The position numbers and the translations under genes are program-made. Shown one piece after another: positions 1 through 10,228 of a DNA stretch of 64,000 bases. The stretch is from Thermodesulfobacteriota bacterium (GTDB taxonomy: Bacteria > Desulfobacterota > Binatia > Binatales > Binataceae): NCBI GenBank assembly GCA_046728175.1, contig JBKPEA010000026.1:2203-66202 (forward strand), in the 5' to 3' direction. Numbering within the stretch: the stretch's first letter is position 1; every line of letters starts with the position of its first letter. Below the pieces are notes generated by a model. It was not told the DNA's origin and searched no databases. It saw nothing but the letters and a program-made list of their open reading frames with translations.

Positions 1-1172
1 ATCAGTTTCGTTCGGAGGTCGCGAACTTCATAGAGAGCGAATTGCCCGATTCGCTCAGAAACCGATCAAGGATCCGTAGTGCCTTCGAAGAAGACGACGG
101 GGGTGCGGATCGTACCGACCCGTCGCTCAAGGATGCCCGGGCGCTGTGGCGCGAGGCACTACGCGCCAGGGGCTGGCTCGCGCCTGCATGGCCGGTGAAG
201 TACGGCGGCGGGGGTCTAAGCCCGGCGCATCAGTTCGTTCTGATCGACGAGTTCATAAAACACGACGCGCCGAGGTTTTTCGACATGGGGCTCGGGATGA
301 TCGGACCGACCATCATCTCGCACGGGAAAGAAGAGCAAAAACTGCGAATGCTCCCGCCGATACTGTCGGGAGAACACGAATGGTGTGAACTGTTCAGCGA
401 GCCTGCCGCAGGATCGGATCTTGCCGGACTTCATTGTCGCGCGGTGAAAGACGGTGACGAATACGTAGTAAATGGCCAGAAGATCTGGACCACGTTGGCA
501 AACCGGGCCAACTGGGGATTGCTCATGGCGCGCACGAATCCTGAGGCGCCGCGGCATCTCGGAATCAGCATGCTGCGTGTGAATATGCGCGCAACGGGCG
601 TCACTGTGCGCCGCATCCAGAATCTGACCAACCACGAATTCAACGAAGTCTTCTTCGAAGACGTCCGCGTTCCCGCCAACGATGTGATTGGAGAGGAGGG
701 GCGTGGATTCTACTACCTGATGAGTCTGCTTGACACCGAGCGCTCTGCCGTCTCGCAGGTGTCGAGCATCGAACGCACCCTCCAATCGCTCTTTCAGCTT
801 GCGCAATCTCCAGAGCTGCCATCGTTCTCGAAGGCCGCACGAACGGAGCTCGCGAACCGGGCGATCGAGGTGGAAGTCTTGCGTGGTCTCTCGCAGGGAG
901 TCTCGGAGTTGCAGTTCGCCGGCAAGACGCCAGTGCATCAAGCATCGGTTCTGAAGCTCTACCATACCGAACTCGCTCAGCGGATCGCTGCGACCGGAAT
1001 GAAGATGATCGAAACGCATGGACTCTTGTACCGGGGGGAGAAGCACGCGCCGTTCGATGGAATGATCGCGCAGCAATACCTCTACGCGAGTACCCTCACG
1101 CTGCAGGTTGGAACCTCGGAGATCCAGCGCAACATCATCGCGACCCGCGGCCTTGGATTGCCGCGCGGCTAA
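1..1172 (+). CDS. Acyl-CoA dehydrogenase family protein (5'-partial; the frame is open to the window edge)
   Basis: Translation has an ACAD C-terminal domain. There is no in-frame stop between position 3 and the TTG at 42. Stop codon TAA at 1170-1172. Confidence 0.8.
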   Translation, partial: QFRSEVANFIESELPDSLRNRSRIRSAFEEDDGGADRTDPSLKDARALWREALRARGWLAPAWPVKYGGGGLSPAHQFVLIDEFIKHDAPRFFDMGLGMIGPTIISHGKEEQKLRMLPPILSGEHEWCELFSEPAAGSDLAGLHCRAVKDGDEYVVNGQKIWTTLANRANWGLLMARTNPEAPRHLGISMLRVNMRATGVTVRRIQNLTNHEFNEVFFEDVRVPANDVIGEEGRGFYYLMSLLDTERSAVSQVSSIERTLQSLFQLAQSPELPSFSKAARTELANRAIEVEVLRGLSQGVSELQFAGKTPVHQASVLKLYHTELAQRIAATGMKMIETHGLLYRGEKHAPFDGMIAQQYLYASTLTLQVGTSEIQRNIIATRGLGLPRG

Positions 1173-1198
1173 CCGTCTCGATCACAGGTCTAAACACC

Positions 1199-2299
1199 AT
1201 GGATATCGGACTAAACGAAGAACAAGAACTGCTCAAGGGAGCCGCCCGTGGATTCCTCGAAAAGGAATGTCCCGAGGAGCATGTGCGCGCCATGGAAGCC
1301 GATGAAAAGGGTTACAGCCCGGAGCTGTGGCGAAAAATCGCGGATCTCGGATGGCACGGGCTGATGATCGCGCCGAAGTTCGGCGGGTCCGGATTGTCGT
1401 TCTACGATTTGTGTATCGTGGTCGAAGAGGCCGGGCGATCGCTGCTGCCGGGACCATTCATTCCCAACCAGGTCGTCGTGGGGCTTTTGCTCGATGCGGG
1501 CTTGCAATCGCAACAGAAGAGATATCTTCCCGCGATAGCGAGCGGCTCCCAGATACACACCTACGCCTTTACCGAGAGCACTGGCCGATGGAGTGCCGAT
1601 GATGTCGCACTCGAGGCGCAGCGTACGAACGCCGGTATAGTACTGAACGGAACTAAGCTCTTCGTTCCCGATGCGCACGTGGCCGACGTGATCTGGGTGC
1701 TTGCGCGGAGCGGGAAAGCCTTCGTCGCGGCTGCGGTACCACCCACCGCTCAGGGCGTCCGCATCGCGCCCCTCAAGACCATGACCGGAGAAAAGCTCGC
1801 TGAACTTGTTCTCGAGAATGTCAGCGTCGCTAGAGGTGAGATCATTGAGATTCCCACACTCGAGGCGTTCTCGAATCGCGCGACGGTTCTCGAATGCGCG
1901 TACCTGGTAGGCCTAGTCCAGAAGGACTTTGAGATTACCGTAGAATACGCGAAACAGCGGGTAGCGTTTGGGCGTCCGATCGGCGCGTTCCAGGCGATCC
2001 AGCATAAGGCGGCGGACATGGTGACCGACCTGGATGGGATGAGATTCATCACCTATCGCACCGCGGCAGCGATAAGCGATCGAGACCGGTCCGCAAACCT
2101 GAAAGTTGCCATGGCCAAGGCCTGGTGTAGCGAGGCGAGCCGGCGCGTGGTCGCTCACGGTCAACAAATTCACGGCGCGATCGGGTTCACCAGGGAATAC
2201 ACGATTCAGCTTTACTTCCGCCGCCAGAAGCACGGTGAGCTGTTCTGGGGCGACGGCGACTTTCATCGTGAACGCGTCGCGAGCATGTTGAGCATCTGA
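1199..2299 (+). CDS. Acyl-CoA dehydrogenase family protein
   Basis: 366 aa. N-terminal 'EEQELL', 'GWHGLMIAPKFGGSG', and a C-terminal helical ACAD domain. Confidence 0.85.
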   Translation: MDIGLNEEQELLKGAARGFLEKECPEEHVRAMEADEKGYSPELWRKIADLGWHGLMIAPKFGGSGLSFYDLCIVVEEAGRSLLPGPFIPNQVVVGLLLDAGLQSQQKRYLPAIASGSQIHTYAFTESTGRWSADDVALEAQRTNAGIVLNGTKLFVPDAHVADVIWVLARSGKAFVAAAVPPTAQGVRIAPLKTMTGEKLAELVLENVSVARGEIIEIPTLEAFSNRATVLECAYLVGLVQKDFEITVEYAKQRVAFGRPIGAFQAIQHKAADMVTDLDGMRFITYRTAAAISDRDRSANLKVAMAKAWCSEASRRVVAHGQQIHGAIGFTREYTIQLYFRRQKHGELFWGDGDFHRERVASMLSI

Positions 2300-2968
2300 A
2301 TGGCAACCAAGCTTGAAAGGACCGATCTCCGTAGGGTGCGAAGCGAGCGCTCGTCGAAGCGCCTGCTTGAAGCCGCCACCCAGTTAATTGCCGATCAGGG
2401 ATACAGCGCGACATCCATCGCACAGATCGCGCAGAAAGCTGGCTATAGTCACGGCTTGGTAAGCCAACGGTTCGGATCAAAGAGCGACCTGATTCGGATG
2501 CTCGCGCGCGAATTCCAGAGCTACTTCGCGATCGACAGGCTTGAGCCCGCGCTCAAGGAGAGAAGCGGTCTGGACGCGTTGATTGTAATGATCGAGACGT
2601 ACCTCGACGCAGTCGCAAGCAGCGGCACACTGGGGCGTGCATATTACGAGTTGTTCGGCGAATCGATCGCGCTGGTGCCGGAGATCCACGAGACGTTTGT
2701 GGAGGCAGATCGCAACTTTCGCGATTTGCTCACCAAGACAGTTCGATCGGCTATTGACGCGGGCGAGATTCCAGCAGAAGTCAACGTACACGCACTTGCC
2801 AGCGTGGTGCTTTCGATTGTGCGCGGCATATCCATGCAATGGCTGCTCGACGGCGCCTCGCTCGACTTGACCGCAATCAAAGGCGAGGTCCGCCGGCTCT
2901 TCGAAGGTGCTTTTGCAGGTTCGGAGAAGCGCCCGCGATCGATCAGGGTCTCCAGGGCTGACGGATGA
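2300..2968 (+). CDS. TetR/AcrR family transcriptional regulator
   Basis: N-terminal HTH 'LLEAATQLIADQGYSATSIAQIAQKAGYSHGLVSQRF'. Starts immediately after the ACAD stop codon. Confidence 0.85.
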   Translation: MATKLERTDLRRVRSERSSKRLLEAATQLIADQGYSATSIAQIAQKAGYSHGLVSQRFGSKSDLIRMLAREFQSYFAIDRLEPALKERSGLDALIVMIETYLDAVASSGTLGRAYYELFGESIALVPEIHETFVEADRNFRDLLTKTVRSAIDAGEIPAEVNVHALASVVLSIVRGISMQWLLDGASLDLTAIKGEVRRLFEGAFAGSEKRPRSIRVSRADG

Positions 2969-2984
2969 CCTGGGCAGGTCTGGA

Positions 2985-4160
2985 ATGACTGACGAAGCCC
3001 TCGGCGGCGTGCGGGTTCTCGATTTCACGACCATCGTGTCGGGACCGTACTGCACTCGGATGCTCGCGGATCTGGGCGCGGAGGTGATCAAGATCGAACC
3101 GCCCGAGGGTGACTTTATCCGGCTTCAGCCTCCGCTTCGCGATGGCAAGAGTGCCTACTTCGCGAGCCTGAACTGCGGGAAGAAAAGCGTCGCGATCGAC
3201 TTCCGCCAGCCGGAAGGGCTCGACTTAGTTCGCGAACTTGCTGCCAAGTGCGACGTCATCGTGGAGAATTTTCGTCCCGGCGTGATGCGCCGGCTGGGAC
3301 TCGATTACGATGTCCTCGCGCCAAACCATCCTCGGCTCGTGTACTGCTCGATTTCGGGCTTTGGGCAAACCGGTCCGTGGGCCAAACGTAGCGCCTACGC
3401 TCCGATGCTCCACGCGGCGAGCGGCTTCGATTTGGTAAATCTTTCTTATCAAGAGGGAATGGAACGCCCGCTGACTGCGGGAATCATGATTGGCGATATC
3501 CTCGGCGGCACACACGCGTTCGGTGCGATTCAAACCGCGCTGCTCTCTCGCGAAAAGACCGGGCGGGGTGACTATATCGACCTTTCGATGCTGGATGCTC
3601 TGCTGGGGATGCCAACCTACGAATTTCAGGAGGCGCAGTTTCCCCAGCCCAAGCAGCCGAAGGGATTTCGACCCACTCGCGCAAAAGACGGCTTCATAAT
3701 GATCGCAGCGGTGAAGCCCAACAACTTCGAAGCGCTGTGGCGCGCGATCGGACGTCCGGACCTGATGAGCGATCCTCGCTTTGCAACCACAAGGGGGCGT
3801 GCCGATAATTCATCGGCGATTACGACGCTCCTGGATGAATGGGCAGCGACCAAAACCACCTCCGAATGCGAGGCGATACTTACCGAGGGCAACGTACCGT
3901 GCTCCCGCTACAGCACGCTCCGGGAAGCTCTGAAGCAGCCGCACCTGGAGCATCGCGGCAGTTACGAGGTGATAAACGATGGCGCCGGTTCGCTCAAGGT
4001 TCCAAATCCTCCATTTAAGTTGCGAACCACCAATGCGAGAGCGCGAAGCCGCGTCCCGTCTCTTGGCGCCGACAACGCTGAGGTTCTCGAAAGCGTCCTC
4101 GGCTACTCAAGCGAACGTATCGCGGCGCTTGAGACACACAAGATTCTGTATCGCAAGTAG
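2985..4160 (+). CDS. CaiB/BaiF family III CoA-transferase
   Basis: 'VRVLDFTTIVSGPYCTRMLADLGAEVIKIEPPEGD' is the CoA-transferase III signature. Start chosen at MTDEA (ATG 2985) so the gene does not overlap the TetR gene. Confidence 0.85.
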   Translation: MTDEALGGVRVLDFTTIVSGPYCTRMLADLGAEVIKIEPPEGDFIRLQPPLRDGKSAYFASLNCGKKSVAIDFRQPEGLDLVRELAAKCDVIVENFRPGVMRRLGLDYDVLAPNHPRLVYCSISGFGQTGPWAKRSAYAPMLHAASGFDLVNLSYQEGMERPLTAGIMIGDILGGTHAFGAIQTALLSREKTGRGDYIDLSMLDALLGMPTYEFQEAQFPQPKQPKGFRPTRAKDGFIMIAAVKPNNFEALWRAIGRPDLMSDPRFATTRGRADNSSAITTLLDEWAATKTTSECEAILTEGNVPCSRYSTLREALKQPHLEHRGSYEVINDGAGSLKVPNPPFKLRTTNARARSRVPSLGADNAEVLESVLGYSSERIAALETHKILYRK

Positions 4161-4344
4161 GAATTGGAAAAGGCCGGCGGCCCAGATATGGGGGGAGATT
4201 CTCGCGAGCGGAAGAATTCGCCCTCCTCTCGGCCCCGTTTTGACATGTCGCTGGCTTGGATTTCCAAGGGGATGCTTGAACCCCGGCTGCCCCAAGCAGT
4301 ATCGCCAGCCAGCAGGATGGCCGGCCGAGATGCGCGCCGAAGCA

Positions 4345-5214
4345 CTAGAGCTCGAGCATCTCCCGAGTTTGCACAACCGACGCGACCTCGTGACCCATAG
4401 CGCGAATCGTTGCAGCGGCGCGCTCGACGATTTGTGAATTTGATAGCTGACCTTCTCGGGCGTACTGGTGGTCCTCCAGACCAACTCGGACATGTCCCCC
4501 AAGGCTCGCTATTAACGGCACCATCGGCAAGTTGTCTCCGCCCAAGGTCGCCGCAAACCACTCGCATCGGACATCTTTGATCATCTCGAGATATGCCTCG
4601 AGACTTTTGAGCGTGGGTGGCATGCCGAAGCATTGCTCACCCGCGCCGAGATAGAATTTGAGGATGAGAGGCTCGGACAGCAAGCCTTGATCCAGAAAGA
4701 CGAAGGCTGCGCGCAAAAATCCAGGCTCGAAGATTTGCAAGCTCGGACGCAAGCCGAGTTCGCGCGACGTCTCCAGGAAATACCGACAGGTCTCGTAGCT
4801 GTTCTGATATACAAACTTGGCCCCCCGGACTTTCTTCGATCGGCGATCGTAAGAAGCGAGGTTCACAGAACCGATGTCCGCGGCACCCAAATCAGGCCGG
4901 GTTGCCGGATCCCTGGCGAGCTCGACGAAATGGCGGAAGCGCTCGGCCGCGGTGCCCTCGAAAGGAAAAGTCGGCCATAAGAGCGCGTCGCACGACGCCC
5001 GCGCGCGCCGATACACTTCGGCATAGTAAGGAACGTCCTGCACCCAGCGACCGCTCCCAGGATCGCGAACATGGAAATGAATGAGCGCAGCGCCTGCTCT
5101 GGCAGCCGCGATTGCATCGCCGGCGATTTCCTGAGGTGTGTAGGGAATGTTTCGATTCAGCTCGCGCGGCGCGTTACCGTTGATCGCGGCCTCAATTATT
5201 ATCGACCTGCCCAT
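4345..5214 (-). CDS. 3-keto-5-aminohexanoate cleavage enzyme-like (BKACE/DUF849) protein
   Basis: 'IIEAAINGN..NIPYTPQEIA..AGAALIHFHVRDP' matches the DUF849 TIM-barrel family. Confidence 0.75.
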   Translation of the reverse strand: MGRSIIIEAAINGNAPRELNRNIPYTPQEIAGDAIAAARAGAALIHFHVRDPGSGRWVQDVPYYAEVYRRARASCDALLWPTFPFEGTAAERFRHFVELARDPATRPDLGAADIGSVNLASYDRRSKKVRGAKFVYQNSYETCRYFLETSRELGLRPSLQIFEPGFLRAAFVFLDQGLLSEPLILKFYLGAGEQCFGMPPTLKSLEAYLEMIKDVRCEWFAATLGGDNLPMVPLIASLGGHVRVGLEDHQYAREGQLSNSQIVERAAATIRAMGHEVASVVQTREMLEL

Positions 5215-5323
5215 GATTTGCCCTCGGCTTGAAAATGTTCCCTAGTAGGACTCGAAGGTCCGCAAAAGTCCAGCGACCGTTGCGCAGCTTCCCCATTGTT
5301 CTAGTTCCGCGGGTTCGAACGGC

Positions 5324-6082
5324 CTATCTCGCGACGCCTCCGTGCTTTAGGAATGGTCCGAGCCAGTTTGCCTGGCCAAAGCCGAATTTGAAATCGACCG
5401 GTGAATCGTAGGTGAGGCCGATCCTGAGCTTGGGAGCGGGCCGCAGCAGGAAACCGATATTGCCGCCGAAGGCCTCATCCCAAGACTCGATCGACAAGCC
5501 GCCGTCGCCAAACTTAGGGAGAATGTTGTTGATCTTGGCCTGGGTTTTGAAGCGAGCCACTGAGAAACTGAACCCAGCTCCGACCGAGAGCCAGTCGTTC
5601 ACGCGTATGCGATATTCGGATTGACCTGCCCGGTTATCAACGAAGCATTCGTCAGGTAATAGCGCCCGACCCAGTTCAGAGAGTAGTCAGAGGCCAGGCA
5701 AAGTCTGAATAGAGGCGGCTCCAAGCCACAGGCGGTCGCTGAGCTTCTGCGCGTAAAATACACCGGCGATTGGAAAAAACAGGCCAGCGTTACCGCCGCC
5801 GCCTCCACCGCCCGGCACATCTGTTTTGGGCCTTCGATCGAAGTTGATGGGAGGCAGCATGGCCCCGCTCGTGATCATGAGCTGGGTGCGATAGAGCAGC
5901 GTCATTCCTGCGGGATTAGTGGCGACGGTCGACGCGTCGGCCGCCATCGCCGCCCGCCCGCGCTGGCCGTGCCGAGATCGGGCGCACCGGTTTCGTAAAG
6001 AGCAATGCCCGCGCCCCATGCGGGTTGAGAGAGCAAGAGCAGAATAGCCGCCGCAAATCGTGGACCGCTTCATGACCGGCAT
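5324..6082 (-). pseudogene. FadL/TodX (OMPP1) family outer-membrane transporter remnant with multiple frameshifts, probably also truncated
   Basis: Minus-strand segments fall in three frames. A signal-like 'MKRSTICGGYSALALS' is followed by 'AWGAGIALYETGAPDLGTASAG..AAMAADASTVATNPAGMTLLYRTQ' (matching FadL '[29 protein letters not shown]'), then 'DYSLNWVGRYY..', then 'FSFSVARFKTQAKINN..'. The span is only about 0.8 kb against about 1.3 kb expected. Confidence 0.5.
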
Positions 6083-6767
6083 CAGTCGCCCAATCTCTAT
6101 TCAATTGCAGTGGGACCAAAGGGTCGTTTGAATTTCCGTGCCATACTCATTACTCGCGGGCCATAGATGAGGGCAAGAACAATCAGGTTGTTGACTGAAG
6201 AAGCACTCTGTTAGGAGGCGCACCGCAAACACGCCTATCCCTTTGGTGGATCATAACCAAAACAGATCTGCTTGCGGATTGAGCTCCCGGGCTGACCGCC
6301 CGAAATGTGAGTGTCCCGCGGCTCTGTCCGCTGCCGAAAGTTAGCCTTTGAAAGGTCCGCTTCCATCGGCGCGGCGAGGGCGAAGCCGTTCCTGAAAGCT
6401 CGGCTTCGTCGCAGGCGATGACGGCGAAACGGGATCTTGCGAGTGAAAACGCAGAATCCGAAGAACTGATTATCGCTGACTCCCCCCGCGTTTTCTGTCC
6501 CGTAGATGTCTTACGAGGCCGCCGGAACGGGACCCTGCTGATTGTGATGTTGGAACGTTTGGCAAAGCCACCTGCCCGGCAGCGGTCTCGTTCGACGAAT
6601 CCGGTCGGAACGATGTGGCCAGTCGGAAGAGCTCATTCAAATGGCTGCGATTACCCGCACGCAATGTTCATGGCAGCCGGTACTGCCAAAAGTATGTGAA
6701 CCTCGCCAACGAATGGAGAGGGCGCCTGAAGGCCCGCTCTCATAGCGGCAGAGAGGTGGCTGGACAA

Positions 6768-6794
6768 ACTGAATATTTTCTTCAAATATTCAGT
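6768..6794. promoter_or_regulatory. Perfect 11-bp inverted repeat 'actgaatattt-tcttc-aaatattcagt' abutting the TetR start codon. Probable TetR operator.
   Basis: Arms at 6768-6778 and 6784-6794 are exact reverse complements. It is an AT-rich island in a GC-rich context. The ATG at 6796 has no Shine-Dalgarno sequence. Confidence 0.6.
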
Positions 6795-6795
6795 C

Positions 6796-7437
6796 ATGAG
6801 CGCGGATGCTGCCTTGGAGTCGGTTCCACGTGCACGGATTATGGCCGCGGCACGAAAACGCTTCGAGAAATTCGGCTACCGCGCGACCAGCATCGCTCTC
6901 ATCGCACGCGATGCGGGGATCGCGGTCGGAACCATCTATTTGTATTTCAAGAACAAGGAACAGATCCTGGTCGCCCTGTTTGACGAATCCAATGCGCGCT
7001 GGATGGCCGAGGCCGAGCGCGCTGCGAACCAGCCAGGCAGCGCCGAAGAGCGTCTCCTGCGTGTCGCGCAGGCAAGCATGGAGCGCACCCAGCGCGACCA
7101 ACTTCTGCGTGCGGTTATGAACCGCGACCTCGAGATGATCCTGGCCCCGCTCTGTGAAGAATTCCGGGACAAGGTGCTCCGCCACAACGTCGAGGTGATG
7201 GCGGATGTCATCCGCGATGGAGTGCGCTCCGGGGAACTCCGCTCAACCGACCCGGAAAAGACCGCTTTTATCCTCTGGACGACGGCGGACGCGCTATTCC
7301 TGCAAAAGCAATTCCGCTACGAGGAACTTCTGCCGACATACGTTGGGATTGTAAGAGACGGGCTGCGCAATCCTGAAAACCTTAGCATCGAAGTTCGAGC
7401 GAGCCGAAACAGGACCAAGCGCGAGGATACAAAATGA
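6796..7437 (+). CDS. TetR family transcriptional regulator
   Basis: HTH 'AARKRFEKFGYRATSIALIARDAGIAVGTIYLYFKNKEQI'. Confidence 0.85.
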   Translation: MSADAALESVPRARIMAAARKRFEKFGYRATSIALIARDAGIAVGTIYLYFKNKEQILVALFDESNARWMAEAERAANQPGSAEERLLRVAQASMERTQRDQLLRAVMNRDLEMILAPLCEEFRDKVLRHNVEVMADVIRDGVRSGELRSTDPEKTAFILWTTADALFLQKQFRYEELLPTYVGIVRDGLRNPENLSIEVRASRNRTKREDTK

Positions 7438-8981
7438 GAAACCGGTTTCGTCTCGTCCTCAGCTTCTTCGTTTGCACGGCGGCCTGCCTGGTGAGCGGGT
7501 CGTACGCAGCGGCCGGGCCCTGGGGTAATCCAACCTATCTATACCGCTACATCTTCTGGGGCCTTCGTGAGGAGTGGTCGCCGTCCAATGCCTACAAGAT
7601 GTTCCCCTACCGCACGATCGAGACGCAGCCGCCTCCTTATCAGTTCCCGCGCGCGACGACGGGAGCGCTGCCGGCCGAAGTCGAGTACAAAGACGGCGAG
7701 TCGACCCGGCGCATTGCGCTCGACCAGTTGCTCGAATCCAGCGATACGCATGCCTTCATCGTGCTGAAGGATGGCAAGCTGGTCGACGAGCGCTATCTCA
7801 ACGGTTATCAGCGTGACTCGATCTGCATCTCGCGGTCCGTCGCGAAGTCGTTCACTTCCGCTCTGGTCGGCATCGCAATCGACGAAGGCTACATCAAGGG
7901 ACTCGACGATCCGATCACCGACTACCTGCCCGAACTGAAAGACCGCGGTTTCGGTGCGATTACGATTCAGAATCTGCTCACGATGGCATCGGGCATCCGT
8001 TACCGAATTGCCGAGCTGCCGTGGGATGAAGACGCGCTGTACTTTCTCTATCCGAACTCAAGAGAAATGCTGCTCTATGACACGGAAATCGCGGAGCCTC
8101 CGGGCCAGACCTTCCACTATACGGACTTCAACGTGGGTCTGCTCGCGATAATCATCGAGCGCACGACACATCGAACGCTCAGCGACTATCTGCAGGAGAA
8201 AATCTGGAAGCCGATCGGAATGGAGTATTCGGCGCTCTGGAGCATCGACAGCGAGGAGGACGGCTTCGAACTGTCGCATGTGGCCCTCAACGCGCGCGCC
8301 ATCGACTTTGCGAAGTTCGGCGAGCTCTTTCTCGACAACGGCAGATGGAATGGCAGGCAGATCATCTCGAAGAAATGGGTGCGTGAATCAACCGCACCCG
8401 ACCCGACCGACCATCGTCCATGGGAAACCTATGAACCATGGGCGGAGGCCGGTGGCTATTATAAATACTTCTGGTGGGGCGAAGTGGGCGCGCGCGGTGA
8501 GTATGTCTACTCGGCGATCGGCCGCTGGGGCCAGTTTATTTTCGTGGCTCCCAGAGCGAATGTGGTGATTGTGCGCACCGGCGGCAGGTTCGGCGTCGAC
8601 CAGCTGCAGTGGCTCGAGGTGTTTCAGTATATAGCGACTTCGCTGAGCCGTGGAGCTGCAGTGTCGCCGTCCGCTTCCGCCACCTTTCGCAGATCAATCC
8701 GCGGTCGGGTTGATGAGGGCGAAATCGCCTGCCCCAGCGGTTCACGATCGGGCGCTTTCAGGGGCCCGGCCAAGCGCCAACCGGAGCCGTACGTCGAGTT
8801 CGGTACGCAGAGTACCCTTTCACGGAAGGCCGGGCGCGACAGCGGCTACCGTGAACCGTTTGGGGCGGGCGCCGGAGAACGTGTGGCGCACGGTGGGATG
8901 TTTATTGACGACCCGTTCGGGTTGCTGAGATCATCACCGCAAGAGCCCGACCTACTGTTCCGGAGACTGTCGCGCTCGTAA
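7434..8981 (+). CDS. Serine hydrolase (beta-lactamase/PBP4-like family), secreted
   Basis: Has a signal peptide and the S-x-x-K motif 'SVAKS'. ATGA start/stop overlap with the TetR gene. The C-terminal ~110 aa is an R/G/S-rich low-complexity tail. Confidence 0.75.
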   Translation: MRNRFRLVLSFFVCTAACLVSGSYAAAGPWGNPTYLYRYIFWGLREEWSPSNAYKMFPYRTIETQPPPYQFPRATTGALPAEVEYKDGESTRRIALDQLLESSDTHAFIVLKDGKLVDERYLNGYQRDSICISRSVAKSFTSALVGIAIDEGYIKGLDDPITDYLPELKDRGFGAITIQNLLTMASGIRYRIAELPWDEDALYFLYPNSREMLLYDTEIAEPPGQTFHYTDFNVGLLAIIIERTTHRTLSDYLQEKIWKPIGMEYSALWSIDSEEDGFELSHVALNARAIDFAKFGELFLDNGRWNGRQIISKKWVRESTAPDPTDHRPWETYEPWAEAGGYYKYFWWGEVGARGEYVYSAIGRWGQFIFVAPRANVVIVRTGGRFGVDQLQWLEVFQYIATSLSRGAAVSPSASATFRRSIRGRVDEGEIACPSGSRSGAFRGPAKRQPEPYVEFGTQSTLSRKAGRDSGYREPFGAGAGERVAHGGMFIDDPFGLLRSSPQEPDLLFRRLSRS

Positions 8982-8986
8982 TTCCT

Positions 8987-9913
8987 GTGCTCGTACATCT
9001 CGACACCGATATCGGCGGCGACACTGATGATGTGTTTGCCTTGGCGATGCTGCTGCGATCGAGCGGGGTCGAGATCGCGGGCATTTCGACCAGCACCGAG
9101 ATCGGCGGAAAGCGTGCCGCGATGGCGCGATATGTGATGCGCCTGGCGAACAATAAGAGTATTCCGGTCACGCCCGGCGCTGAGGGTAAGCTCGGACCTT
9201 CTCCATGGCCAATTCTGCCGGAGCTCCCGCCGGAGCGCCTATTCTGGCCCGATGGGCTTGACCCGGTGCGCGGCAGACCCGGCGAGGTGATCGATCTCCT
9301 CGATGCAAACATCACCAGAGGCGCAACGGTAATCGCAATCGGCCCGCTGACAAATCTAGCCGCTTACGAAGCAATTCGCCCGGGGCGACTCGCTACCGTT
9401 CCCGTGTTCATTTGTGGTGGCTGGATAAACTTCGCGCGCGACGGTTTTCCCCAATGGAGTTCGGAGGTTGATTACAACATCCAGCAAGACCAAGAAGCTT
9501 CTCGGCTGGTTATCAGCCGATGCGCGCCGACGCTGATCCCGATTTCTATCACCGCCGAGGTATTTCTGCGCGAGGCCGACTTGCCGAGGCTGGAAGCCGA
9601 AGGTCCGCTCGGCCGGCTGATCGCGCATCAGGCGAAATTACAGGCGGCATACGAGAAGAAGCAGGAATACGGACGGCAGTTTTCGCTGCTGCCCGATGAC
9701 TTGCTCAATTTCCACTATGATCCGTTGACTTGCGCGGCGGCAGTCGGATGGGACGGAATCGAGGTGTGCGATCTATCAATCGCATTGGACAACCGCGACG
9801 GCTTTATTTCGATGCGTCGCGATTCGAACGGAGTGCCGGTTCGATTCGCGACGGCGGTGGATGGGCCTCGATTCAATCGCGATTGGCTCGATGTGGTGAC
9901 ATCGCGAAGGTGA
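8987..9913 (+). CDS. Nucleoside hydrolase family protein
   Basis: N-terminal 'HLDTDIGGDTDDVFAL' corresponds to the IU-nucleoside hydrolase DxDxxxDD motif. GTG start. Confidence 0.65.
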   Translation: MLVHLDTDIGGDTDDVFALAMLLRSSGVEIAGISTSTEIGGKRAAMARYVMRLANNKSIPVTPGAEGKLGPSPWPILPELPPERLFWPDGLDPVRGRPGEVIDLLDANITRGATVIAIGPLTNLAAYEAIRPGRLATVPVFICGGWINFARDGFPQWSSEVDYNIQQDQEASRLVISRCAPTLIPISITAEVFLREADLPRLEAEGPLGRLIAHQAKLQAAYEKKQEYGRQFSLLPDDLLNFHYDPLTCAAAVGWDGIEVCDLSIALDNRDGFISMRRDSNGVPVRFATAVDGPRFNRDWLDVVTSRR

Positions 9914-10228
9914 TGTTGGCTCGCACTTGCGCTGCCAATCGCTCCACCAAGCATATCGGTCTCAGCAGGGGTTGGTTGTGAGGCGGTGTCGAAGGCAGAT
10001 TTTGGCGATTTTGGCCATTTCAAAATAGGTGTCGGTTACAGGACCTTCGCCACCGCGGTGAGCGCTCTCACACCGAGTGGAGGCGGCTCGAGCGCTTCCC
10101 TCGGACTAGTCCGTCGCTGACCTACGCCGCTTCCGTCGGAGTGCAGTAGTCGAAACGGCACTGCTTCGCGAGCTCGAGGGACAAAAACAGCTCGCTGCTT
10201 TGAGAGCACCGCCTTCAGTGGCGAGGAA

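Noticed and set aside
5281-5300. 'gggttcgaacgg' resembling a tRNA T-loop
   Set aside because: Flanking bases cannot form a T-stem or an acceptor stem, and it lies inside the FadL remnant.
9990-10060. Tandem 'gattttggc' repeat and 'ccatttcaaaatagg' (a possible anticodon-loop-like or repeat element)
   Set aside because: No cloverleaf can be folded. Only two short copies, so there is no array structure.
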